This document shows, piece after piece, positions 38,424 to 46,822 of a stretch of 64,000 bases of DNA (its first letter is position 1; the number at the start of each line of letters is the position of its first letter). The notes below the pieces were generated by a model. That model saw nothing but the letters and a program-made list of their open reading frames with translations. It was not told the DNA's origin and ran no database searches. The DNA comes from an uncultured Acidobacteriota bacterium (GTDB lineage: Bacteria; Acidobacteriota; Thermoanaerobaculia; Gp7-AA8): the NCBI GenBank assembly GCA_963741955.1, contig CAVUKB010000004.1, forward strand, positions 224,001-288,000, given 5' to 3'. A program made the translations under genes and the position numbers.

Positions 38424-39608
38424 ATGCGATCGGTCTACTTCTCCGAAGATCACGAGACATTCCGCCGTTCCGTTCGCGATCTCGTCGAGAGCGAGATCAC
38501 GCCGCATGCGGAGGAGTGGGAGGCGGCGCAGCGGATTCCGCCGGAGATCTGGAGGCGGATGGGAGAGCTCGGATTTCTCGGAATCATGATCCCCGAGAAG
38601 TGGGGAGGGAGTGGAGCGGACGTCTTCTTCGCCCTCGCTTTTCTGGAGGAGCTCCCGCGCTCGCGGATGGGAGGCTTCACGGCCGCGGTGACGGTGCAGC
38701 AGTTCATCGCCACCGGAGCGATTCTCCGCCACGGTACGGAGGAACAGAAGCGTCGGTACCTCCAGCCGTCCGCAGAGGGTGCCGCCGTCGGTTCGATCTC
38801 CATCTCGGAGCCGGACTGCGGATCCGATGTCGCGAACCTCAGGACCGGTGCGACGCGCGACGGCGACTCCTGGGTGATCGATGGCGCGAAAACGTGGATC
38901 ACCAACGGCGTATACGGCGACTTCAACGTCGTCGCCTGCCGTACCGGTCCGGAAGGTGCGGCCGGAATCAGCCTGATCGTGGTGGATCGAGATACGCCCG
39001 GGGTCAGGTCTTCGAAGATCCGCAAGATCGGCTGGCACAGCTCGGATACCGCGGAGATCACGTTCGACCACGCCCGGGTCCCCGTCGCGAACCTTCTCGG
39101 GCGCGAGAACATGGGCTTCTATTACGTGATGGAGACGTTCGCGATCGAACGGATCGCCGCCGCCGCGACGTCGGTGGGCTCTTGCGACGTCATTCTCGAG
39201 GAGACCCTCCGCTACATGGGAGAACGGCAGGCGTTCGGGAAGAGCATCGACCGTTTCCAGGCTCTGCGACACCGGATCGCGGACCTCGCATCGGAGCTCG
39301 AAGCGGCGAGGCAACTCGTCTATCACGCCGCCTGGCTCTGGTCCCGAGGAGAGCAGGCGATCCGCGAGTCGTCGATGGCGAAGCTGGTCGCGACGGAGCT
39401 GAACCGGCGAATCGCCGACGAGTGCCTCCAGTTCTTCGGCGGGTACGGGTACACCGAGGAGTATCCGATCTCGAGATTCTTCCGCGACGCGCGGGTCTCC
39501 ACCATCGTCGCAGGAACGAGCGAGATCATGAGGGAGATCATCGCGCGCGTAGTGATCGATCGGATGGCTTTTCCGCGGATCGAGGATCTGGAGGCGACGG
39601 CGGAGTAG
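38424..39608 (+). CDS. Acyl-CoA dehydrogenase
   Basis: ISEPDCGSD, GAKTWITNG, RQAFGK, LQFFGGYGY, GTSEIM. Confidence 0.94.
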   Translation: MRSVYFSEDHETFRRSVRDLVESEITPHAEEWEAAQRIPPEIWRRMGELGFLGIMIPEKWGGSGADVFFALAFLEELPRSRMGGFTAAVTVQQFIATGAILRHGTEEQKRRYLQPSAEGAAVGSISISEPDCGSDVANLRTGATRDGDSWVIDGAKTWITNGVYGDFNVVACRTGPEGAAGISLIVVDRDTPGVRSSKIRKIGWHSSDTAEITFDHARVPVANLLGRENMGFYYVMETFAIERIAAAATSVGSCDVILEETLRYMGERQAFGKSIDRFQALRHRIADLASELEAARQLVYHAAWLWSRGEQAIRESSMAKLVATELNRRIADECLQFFGGYGYTEEYPISRFFRDARVSTIVAGTSEIMREIIARVVIDRMAFPRIEDLEATAE

Positions 39609-39765
39609 CGTTCGAGTGACCCCGACGGTGATGGGGCGCCGCGGAGCAGCACGATTGTGAGTCGCAGTCATGGGCGGCGCGGCTTTCGCCGCAGCGGGCA
39701 CCTCGGAATCCATGCCCCCTTCGCGGATTGGCTGCCCGAGCCGGCGCCCAGACTTTCTCCGCGGC

Positions 39766-40887
39766 TCAGCGCACCTTCTCCACGATCACCCGCTGCGCGA
39801 TGAGGTTCCCGTCCGGAAGCCGGAGCGCCCGAATCCTGACTGCGCTCCCGGGGACGAGCTTCTTCGCAGCCATGCATTCGCCGGCAGCACCACGCACGCC
39901 GAGCTCACCGTCGAGGTACACGCGCGACGTGGCGCCGGTTGCATCTCTCAGCAGCAGGTATCCGGCGCCCTCGAGATTCGAGACGACCGTCCCTTCCAGC
40001 TCCTCTGCGCGATATCCGGGCGCCTTCGGCGGTTCCACGACCAGCTCCCGGCTTCCACCGTTCGCCGGTGGAACGGTCGCCGTGGCGGCAGGCGGAGCCA
40101 CCGCCTGGATGCCGGGGACGCGAACCGGCGGGGGAGGAAGCATTGCAGGAGATGCCGGAACGCCGACCGTCGCGGCGCCCTCCGGGGGAGCAATCGCAGC
40201 CATCGCCGCGCGATGGTCCATCGACATCATGCCGTCGGCGGGTTCGGTCACGTCGATGCTCTCGGCACGCAGATCGTTGCCGAGAAGCTCTTCGCCGAGG
40301 ACCCGGACCTGGTCTCCGACCCGGAGCTGACTGATTCTGTAGTCCTGACCCTCACTGCTGACCGGAGTGGTCGGTGTTCCGAAGATCGCATGGATCGTAC
40401 CCTTCGCGTCCTTCATCGCGAAGCGGCTCTGGGCGGGATTCAGTCCCTGCACCACGCCTCGTATGTCGCGGAGGAGAGTGCCATTCGCGAGCCGTCCTCC
40501 GGAGCCGAGAAACACGACCTCGGTCGCGGTGATGTCCGGCGGGTTTCCTCCTTTTCCTCGGACCCGAACCAGTTCGCCGGGGGAGAGGCGGCTGAATCCG
40601 GCCGTTCCGCGCACGATCGCCTGCGGCCCGCCGGAGAGACCGCCGAAGATGGTCGAACCGTCGATGACGTGGATGGTGAACGGTCCTGCGCCTCCGGCAG
40701 TCGGGGTGAGCTCGAACGTGAGCGTTTCGGGTTGGATCGCGGCCACCGTTCCCGTGACTTCGCCTTCCGTTCCGGCCTGCACGTCGGGACCGGTTCCCCA
40801 GATGGAAAGCCTCTGTGCCGTCGCCGGAAGTGCGATCAGCGCCACGAGAGTGGAAAGAAGAATGTCCTGACGGAAGAGAGTGGACAT
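39766..40887 (-). CDS. Secreted protein with repeated OB-fold-like (DUF5666-like) modules
   Basis: Signal peptide, GGAGG RBS; repeated L.PG..VRVRG/LRVGDQVRVLG modules with a Pro/Ala linker. Confidence 0.7.
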   Translation of the reverse strand: MSTLFRQDILLSTLVALIALPATAQRLSIWGTGPDVQAGTEGEVTGTVAAIQPETLTFELTPTAGGAGPFTIHVIDGSTIFGGLSGGPQAIVRGTAGFSRLSPGELVRVRGKGGNPPDITATEVVFLGSGGRLANGTLLRDIRGVVQGLNPAQSRFAMKDAKGTIHAIFGTPTTPVSSEGQDYRISQLRVGDQVRVLGEELLGNDLRAESIDVTEPADGMMSMDHRAAMAAIAPPEGAATVGVPASPAMLPPPPVRVPGIQAVAPPAATATVPPANGGSRELVVEPPKAPGYRAEELEGTVVSNLEGAGYLLLRDATGATSRVYLDGELGVRGAAGECMAAKKLVPGSAVRIRALRLPDGNLIAQRVIVEKVR

Positions 40888-41007
40888 GCAGCACCTCCGC
40901 ACGAGCGAGGTGCTGCAAGTGGCGAACCCGCAGCCTGGGAAATCTGCGCCGGTCCAGACCGCCTGGATGTACCCCTTGTTTCGGGTTACGGTCGGAGGTT
41001 CAACGGT

Positions 41008-41307
41008 TCACTTCGCCGTCGCGGAGGAGGACGTCTCGCTCTCTTCCTGACCGGCGGAGCTCGTCGGCGAGGAGGCGGTGATCGTCGGATCCGCCACGCT
41101 GATGGTATCTCCGGCACTCTGCGTGAACTCGACCTCCCCCGAACCCGTCGCCGGCTGGGCTTCACCATTCGTGGGGGCGGTGGTTCCGGCGGCCGGCGTG
41201 GCGTGCTGGTCGGGATTGTTCACCACCGTTTTCTGTCTGCCGCATCCGGGGAGGAGGAGAGTGACCGCGACGATCAGGGCCGCACCCGTGCTCCACAGCG
41301 TTTTCAT
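41008..41307 (-). CDS. Small low-complexity lipoprotein
   Basis: AAGGAGG RBS; lipobox LLPGC; Ser/Thr/Ala-rich. Confidence 0.7.
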   Translation of the reverse strand: MKTLWSTGAALIVAVTLLLPGCGRQKTVVNNPDQHATPAAGTTAPTNGEAQPATGSGEVEFTQSAGDTISVADPTITASSPTSSAGQEESETSSSATAK

Positions 41308-41342
41308 CGGTGCCTCCTTAACTTCTGAATCGCCCTGTCCGG

Positions 41343-41358
41343 TTCAAGGTTCGCGCCA
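41343..41358 (-). promoter_or_regulatory. Possible sigma-54 promoter (variant -12)
   Basis: TGGCGCGAACCTTGAA upstream of the lipoprotein gene. Confidence 0.45.
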
Positions 41359-41409
41359 GCGGAAGGAGGAAGCCCGGGCGCAGGCGAGAGAAGTGAGCCG
41401 CGGCTTCCC

Positions 41410-41440
41410 GGCATATCTGCCTGGGCATATCTGTTAAAAT
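41410..41440 (+). promoter_or_regulatory. Putative ArsR operator and extended -10 promoter
   Basis: Direct repeat GGCATATCTG x2 (ATAT-N10-ATAT) overlapping TGnTAAAAT, 6 nt before the ATG. Confidence 0.55.
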
Positions 41441-41446
41441 CCACCC

Positions 41447-41839
41447 ATGGGACGTCCCCGTTTCTCGCTCGATCGCTTGTTTGGTGCGCTCGCCGATCCG
41501 ACCCGGCTGCGTATTCTGAACCTTCTCGCCGCCGGGGAGATCTGCGTCTGCTATTTCGTCGAAGTGCTGGGGGAGCCTCAGCCGAAGATCTCGCGGCACC
41601 TCGCATATCTGCGTCGCTCGGGACTCGTCGAGACGCGTCGGGATGGGAAATGGATCCACTACGGTCTGGCGAAGGATCTCGAGGGGGGGGCGCGGAAGAT
41701 CCTGGAAGCCGTCCTCGAAGAGCTCGCTGCGAACCCGCGTATGCAGCGTGAGCGGGCGGCCCTCGCGCGCGCCTGCTGCGGGGTCCGCCTTCCGGCCGCG
41801 CTCCGCGGCGCTCCGCGACCCCAGGTACGCGAGCTGTAA
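41447..41839 (+). CDS. ArsR/SmtB family regulator
   Basis: ALADPTRLRIL, EICVC, QPKISRHLAYLR, RRDGKWIHY. Confidence 0.93.
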   Translation: MGRPRFSLDRLFGALADPTRLRILNLLAAGEICVCYFVEVLGEPQPKISRHLAYLRRSGLVETRRDGKWIHYGLAKDLEGGARKILEAVLEELAANPRMQRERAALARACCGVRLPAALRGAPRPQVREL

Positions 41840-41997
41840 AATTCATCGGTTCAGGAGTTTCGAGCTCGGAGGATGTGGCTGCGGTTTGCTCCGCTCCACG
41901 ACGCGGTTTCCGGACTCCACAAGTCTCTCAGCTGCAAATGTTTGCTCCTTTCCTTCGCCGCCCGACTCCGCCCCTCGCCACGCCAGACCCCTGACGA

Positions 41998-42013
41998 TGT
42001 GATTCTCCGCACA
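41998..42013. promoter_or_regulatory. CRP/FNR- or Rex-like site upstream of the oxidoreductase operon
   Basis: TGTGA-N6-GCACA. Confidence 0.45.
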
Positions 42014-42102
42014 TCGCCCGGTGACTCTTGACGTCGACGCTCGGAGGGCGATCCCTGAAGATGCAGCGAGCGGGAAGATTACCGAGTGGAGGAGATGAAG
42101 GA

Positions 42103-43875
42103 ATGGCAACCAGAGATCTGACCATCGCCATCGTCGGTTCCGGAGGCGATGGTGTCGTATCCATGGGTGAGATGATCGCCCAGGCCGCCGCGAGCGAAGG
42201 CGTTCACGTCATCAAGACCGAGTCGTACGGACCACAGATCCGTGGCGGCGAGTCGTCATGCACGGTTCGGCTCTCGGCTGATCCGCTCTATTCGCAGGGC
42301 GATTTCGTCGATGTGCTGGTGGTGTTCGGGTGGGCCGATTTCGCGCGTTTCAGGAGCGAGATCGTCGCCGGTCCCGATGCCATCGTGCTCTACGAGGAGA
42401 GCGACACCACTCCGCTGGAGTCGCTGGGTTTCGGCCCTGCGACGCGCCGGATCGCGATCCCCTTCATCGACGCCTCCAAACAGGCGACCGGTGGAACGAT
42501 CGGGAAGAACATCGTCACGCTCGGTATCCTCGCCAAACTCTTCAATCTTCCTGAAGACGCGCTGCGCAATGCGGTGAAGGCGAAATTTGCGAAGAAGAAG
42601 GCGGAAGTCGCCGAGTCGAACCTCAAAGCATTCGAAGCCGGTCTCGCGTATGCCGAGACGATGAAGCAGTCGCTTGGCGACAAGGCATTCACGCACACCA
42701 AGTCCGATCCGCACCTCCTGATGTCGGGCAACGAGGCGGTTGCGGTCGGCGCAATCCACGCCGGATGCCGCTTCTTCGCCGGCTACCCGATCACGCCATC
42801 TTCCGAGATCCTTCACTACCTTTCCGAGTGGCTGCCTCGGGTCGGGGGATCCGTGGTTCAGACCGAGGACGAGCTCTCTGCGCTCGGCGCGGTGGTCGGC
42901 GGCTCGTTCGCCGGCGTGAAGTCGATGACGGCGACGTCCGGGCCCGGGCTCTCTCTGATGAGCGAGATGCTCGGCCTCTCCACCATGGCGGAGATTCCGG
43001 CGGTGATCGTCGACGTGCAGCGCGGCGGTCCCTCGACGGGCAATCCGACCCGCAGCGAGCAGTCGGATCTGTGGCATGCGCTGTATGCGAGTCACGGCGA
43101 CGCGCCACGGGTGGTTCTCGCCGCCTCCGACGTCGAAGACTGCTTTCACACCACGGTCGACGCCTTCAACATCTCCGAGGAGTATCAGATCCCGGTGATT
43201 CTGCTGACCGACCAGTTCATCGGACAGCGGAAGGAGACTCTCCCCAAGGCATCGCTGGTTCACGAAGTGAAGAGCCGCACCGCTCCGACGGACGAGGAGA
43301 AGGTGGCGTACGAGCGGTATCGCGACACGCCGACCGGCGTCTCGCCGATGTCGACCCCCGGAACGAAGGGGGGGATGTACCAGACCAACGGTCTGGAGCA
43401 CGACGAGCACGGCGCACCGAACTCGATGTATCTCCTGCACGAGAAGATGAACGAGAAGCGATTCCGCAAGCTGTGGCCGATCCGGAAGAATTATCACTTC
43501 GTCCGGAAGTACGGCCCGGCCGAAGCGGAAGTGGGAGTGCTCTGCTGGGGATCGTCGAAGGGCGCGGTGGAAGAAGCGGTGATGCGCGCGAACCAGAGAG
43601 GGGAAAAGGTCTCGGCCCTGGTGCCGCAGATGATCTTCCCGTTCCCGAAACACGAATTCGAGGAGTACATGCGGGGAGTCGGCCGCCTGCTGATCGTCGA
43701 GTTGAACTACTCGGCACAGTTCTACAAATACCTCCGGACGTTCCTCGACTTTGCTCCGGGCAAAGTGCACGTCTACAAGCGCTCCGGCGGGAAACATCTG
43801 ACGGTCGCCGAAGTCGAGGAAGAGATTCGCAAGGTGCTCGAAGCGAGCTACACCCGTGAGGAGGTGCTGGTATGA
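42103..43875 (+). CDS. 2-oxoacid:ferredoxin oxidoreductase alpha subunit (gamma-fused)
   Basis: SYGPQIRGGES, AGYPITPSSE, TATSGPG, VQRGGPSTG. Start re-called at 42103. Confidence 0.94.
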   Translation: MATRDLTIAIVGSGGDGVVSMGEMIAQAAASEGVHVIKTESYGPQIRGGESSCTVRLSADPLYSQGDFVDVLVVFGWADFARFRSEIVAGPDAIVLYEESDTTPLESLGFGPATRRIAIPFIDASKQATGGTIGKNIVTLGILAKLFNLPEDALRNAVKAKFAKKKAEVAESNLKAFEAGLAYAETMKQSLGDKAFTHTKSDPHLLMSGNEAVAVGAIHAGCRFFAGYPITPSSEILHYLSEWLPRVGGSVVQTEDELSALGAVVGGSFAGVKSMTATSGPGLSLMSEMLGLSTMAEIPAVIVDVQRGGPSTGNPTRSEQSDLWHALYASHGDAPRVVLAASDVEDCFHTTVDAFNISEEYQIPVILLTDQFIGQRKETLPKASLVHEVKSRTAPTDEEKVAYERYRDTPTGVSPMSTPGTKGGMYQTNGLEHDEHGAPNSMYLLHEKMNEKRFRKLWPIRKNYHFVRKYGPAEAEVGVLCWGSSKGAVEEAVMRANQRGEKVSALVPQMIFPFPKHEFEEYMRGVGRLLIVELNYSAQFYKYLRTFLDFAPGKVHVYKRSGGKHLTVAEVEEEIRKVLEASYTREEVLV

Positions 43876-44756
43876 CGTGCGAAGTAGTGGGTCAGACGAC
43901 GCAGTTCAAGGCGGGCGATTACAAGTCCGAGCTCAAGCCGGTGTGGTGTCCCGGTTGCGGAGATTTCGGTGTCCTCACGGCACTCTACCGTTCGATGGCC
44001 GAGCTCCAGCTCGATCCGTGGAACACGGTAGTGGTCTCGGGCATCGGATGTTCGTCCCGTCTGCCGGGATACGTCGATACGTACGGCGTGAACAGCCTTC
44101 ACGGACGTGCGCTCCCCATCGCCACCGGAGTGAAAGTGGCGCGACCGGAGACGAATGTCATCGCAGTGGGCGGTGACGGCGACGGCATGGCGATCGGGGG
44201 GAACCATTTCCTCCACACCGCGCGCCGGAACCTCGACATCACGTACATACTGATGGACAACGAGATCTACGGCCTCACCAAGGGACAGGCCGCACCGACT
44301 ACTCCGACCGGAGACCGGACCAAGTCGACCATCTACGGCAATCCGGAACCGGCGGTCGATCCGTGCGAGCTCGCGATCTCGTTCGGTGCGACATGGGTCG
44401 GGCGGGCGTTTTCCGGCGACGTGAAGTCGATGGTGACGCTCCTCTCCGCAGCGATGCGGCACACCGGGTTCGCGTTCCTCAACGTACAGTCTCCCTGCGT
44501 CACCTGGCGCGGCGACGACCAGTTCAAGACCCTGAAGGCGAAGCTCCGTTACCTCCCCGAAGATCACGATCCGAAGAACCGGACCGCGGCGCTCGCGTAT
44601 ACGCGCGAGAAGGACGTGATGACGGTGGGGCTGCTCTACGAGTCCGACGAGCCGTCGTATCTGCAGAATCTCGCCAAGCTGAACGAGAAGGCTCGCGCGA
44701 AATATCCAAACGTGACGATGGATCAGATCCTCGAAACGTTCTATCCGAAGGTCTAG
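43872..44756 (+). CDS. 2-oxoacid:ferredoxin oxidoreductase beta subunit
   Basis: WCPGCGD, SGIGCSS, HGRALP, GGDGD, YGLTKGQ. Confidence 0.94.
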   Translation: MTCEVVGQTTQFKAGDYKSELKPVWCPGCGDFGVLTALYRSMAELQLDPWNTVVVSGIGCSSRLPGYVDTYGVNSLHGRALPIATGVKVARPETNVIAVGGDGDGMAIGGNHFLHTARRNLDITYILMDNEIYGLTKGQAAPTTPTGDRTKSTIYGNPEPAVDPCELAISFGATWVGRAFSGDVKSMVTLLSAAMRHTGFAFLNVQSPCVTWRGDDQFKTLKAKLRYLPEDHDPKNRTAALAYTREKDVMTVGLLYESDEPSYLQNLAKLNEKARAKYPNVTMDQILETFYPKV

Positions 44757-45439
44757 AAAGACATCTGAAAGACATCTAGTATCTAGGATCGAGGATCGAG
44801 GATCTGAAAGACATCGAGGATCCAGTATCGAGGATCGAGTATCGAGGATCGAGGATCTGAAAGACATCAAGGGTTCAGTATCGAGGATCCAGTATCGAGT
44901 ATCGAGGATCTGAAAGACATCGAGGATCCAGTATCGAGGATCCAGTATCGAGGATCGAGGATCTGAAAGACATCAAGGGTCGGGAGCGGGGAGATGATCC
45001 CCGAGCTCCACGATCACGACGGCATCAAGGCTTCCCGCCGTCGGTTCGGAGCGCTTTTCACGGGACGGGAGACGTGGGGAGAGCGAAGGCCGGCGGCGGG
45101 ATTTTTTACAGCATCTAGGATCGAGGATCGAGGATCGCGGATCTGAAAGACGTCTATGATCCAGGATCTGAAACACTGACAATCGATCGATGACCTGGTT
45201 CGAGCCTTCTGAAGGTATCGAAGCTCGATAGAACCTCCACGAACCCTCGCCGCTCCTCAGATCGTTGATCCTGCTCGCCAGATCCTCGATCCTCGATCCT
45301 CGATGCTTTTCAGATCCTCGATCCTCGATCCTCGATCCTCGATGTCTTTCAGATCCTCGATCCTCGATGTCTTTCAGATCCTCGATCCTCGATCCCAGAT
45401 AACAGATAACAGATAACAGATAACAGATCACAGATGCCT
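44757..45439. repeat. Large composite heptamer repeat locus with inverted arms
   Basis: [GATCTGAAAGACATC+(GAGGATC/CAGTATC)n] several times at 44757-44975 and again near 45112-45170; reverse-complement arm near 45280-45395; (CAGATAA)n at 45396-45432. Confidence 0.92.
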
Positions 45440-45682
45440 CTACCGCATCATCTCGAGGAAGCTTCTGCGGTAGCCGTTGTACAGATGAGGGTGCGGGTCT
45501 CTTCCGACTTCCGCTGCTCCGGCGCGCTGCGCCGCGACCGGCAGCCCTGCAGTGTAGGCGTTGTCGATGTAGTCTTCGTCCGGCTCCTGGCCCGGGTGTT
45601 CTCTCCTGAATCGTTCTGCATCCGACACGGCGATTCTCGTCAACTCGTCGATGACGTGCTGTTCGACCACACGATCCGGCAT
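45440..45682 (-). CDS. Hypothetical protein (80 aa)
   Basis: Strong GGAGGAGG RBS; downstream of csbD on the same strand. Confidence 0.7.
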   Translation of the reverse strand: MPDRVVEQHVIDELTRIAVSDAERFRREHPGQEPDEDYIDNAYTAGLPVAAQRAGAAEVGRDPHPHLYNGYRRSFLEMMR

Positions 45683-45809
45683 GGTGTCCTCCTCCTGGGG
45701 ATCGTCCCTCCTGGTATTCTCTAAAGATGGTGCATTCGACGCCGTGCGGCAAGAGTCGGAGCGGGAGACCCGAGCCTCCCGGCCCGAATCTCCCGCCCCA
45801 TACTACCCA

Positions 45810-46046
45810 CTATCCGCGGCGCATGTTTCCGAGCTCGCGCTCGATGTTCGCCTCGCTCCATTTTTCGCGGCCGTAGCGCTGCTGGATCGTTCCGACGATC
45901 CGGTCCCGATGTCCGGCCATCCGCTCCAGCTCATCATCGCTCAGATCGCCCCATTTCTCGCGCATCCGGCCCTTGAACTCGTTCCAGTTTCCTTCGACTT
46001 CCGACCAGATCGACTGCTGCCGGTCCTGCTTTTCTCGTTCGTTCAT
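45810..46046 (-). CDS. CsbD family stress protein
   Basis: VEGNWNEFKGRMREKWGDLSDDEL...GTIQQRYG; AAGGAG RBS. Confidence 0.92.
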   Translation of the reverse strand: MNEREKQDRQQSIWSEVEGNWNEFKGRMREKWGDLSDDELERMAGHRDRIVGTIQQRYGREKWSEANIERELGNMRRG

Positions 46047-46102
46047 TCATTTCTCCTTTCGTTGGGTTTTCGTGCAGTCCTGCCACGAAGGTATGAATGA
46101 AG

Positions 46103-46118
46103 TGCAACCGATATGCCC
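46103..46118 (-). promoter_or_regulatory. Sigma-54 promoter for csbD
   Basis: GGGCATATCGGTTGCA (GG-N10-GC with GGCA and TTGCA). Confidence 0.65.
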
Positions 46119-46200
46119 CCGGGAGAGTGGCGAGCGGCGAGCGGCGAGGGACGAGAGACCAGAGGGAGGCCGGAGATGAGAGGCGCGCCTGTTCTGGTTT

Positions 46201-46216
46201 CGGCATTCATCCTGCT
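46201..46216 (+). promoter_or_regulatory. Sigma-54 promoter for the ASRT gene
   Basis: CGGCATTCATCCTGCT. Confidence 0.55.
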
Positions 46217-46276
46217 TCGTTCCGATCACGCTTCCGCGATGTCGCGTGGAGCCATCTCATTCGAGTGAGGGATTCA

Positions 46277-46654
46277 ATGGCGACGACGATCGGAAAGACG
46301 AAATGGGCGATTGCGGAAGGCTACATTCCCGACTGGAGCCATGGTCCGGAACCGCAGATGCTCAGTCACGAGACGGCGTGTCTTCTCAATCCGAACCAGA
46401 CGGATGCACACGTCCGGATCACGGTCTATTTCGAAAACCGTGATCCTGCAGGTCCGTATGAGATCACCGTTCCCGCGCGGCGGACCAGGCATGTCCGTTT
46501 CAACGACCTCGACGAGCCGGAACCGGTTCCGAAGGCGACGGACTATGCGAGCGTGATCGAATCGGACATTCCGATCGTGGTCCAGCACACCCGCCTCGAC
46601 TCGCGACAGGCGGAGAACGCACTGATCACGACCATCGCGTACTCCGAAGGTTGA
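46277..46654 (+). CDS. Anabaena sensory rhodopsin transducer (ASRT) family protein
   Basis: IGKTKWAIAEGYIP, SHETACLLN, VPARRTRHVRFNDL, PIVVQHTRLDSRQAENAL. Confidence 0.92.
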   Translation: MATTIGKTKWAIAEGYIPDWSHGPEPQMLSHETACLLNPNQTDAHVRITVYFENRDPAGPYEITVPARRTRHVRFNDLDEPEPVPKATDYASVIESDIPIVVQHTRLDSRQAENALITTIAYSEG

Positions 46655-46769
46655 ACCGCGAATCCGTCGTCTCTCACCGATCTCGCGCTTCTCGGATCGC
46701 CGCAGCACGCCGTGCTCGCCGCTCATCCTTATGTTTTTCGTTTCTCGTCTCTCGCCGCTCGTCTCTCAC

Positions 46770-46785
46770 CGGCACGCACCGTGCT
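46770..46785 (+). promoter_or_regulatory. Sigma-54 promoter for the TPP-enzyme operon
   Basis: CGGCACGCACCGTGCT, 37 nt upstream of the ATG. Confidence 0.65.
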
Positions 46786-46822
46786 ACCCCTATAAGGGAG
46801 ACCAGATCGAGGAGGAAATCGA

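Noticed and set aside
44757-44975. CRISPR array
   Set aside because: The recurring unit is only about 15 bp, the intervening sequences are heptamer repeats rather than unique spacers, and no cas genes are present.
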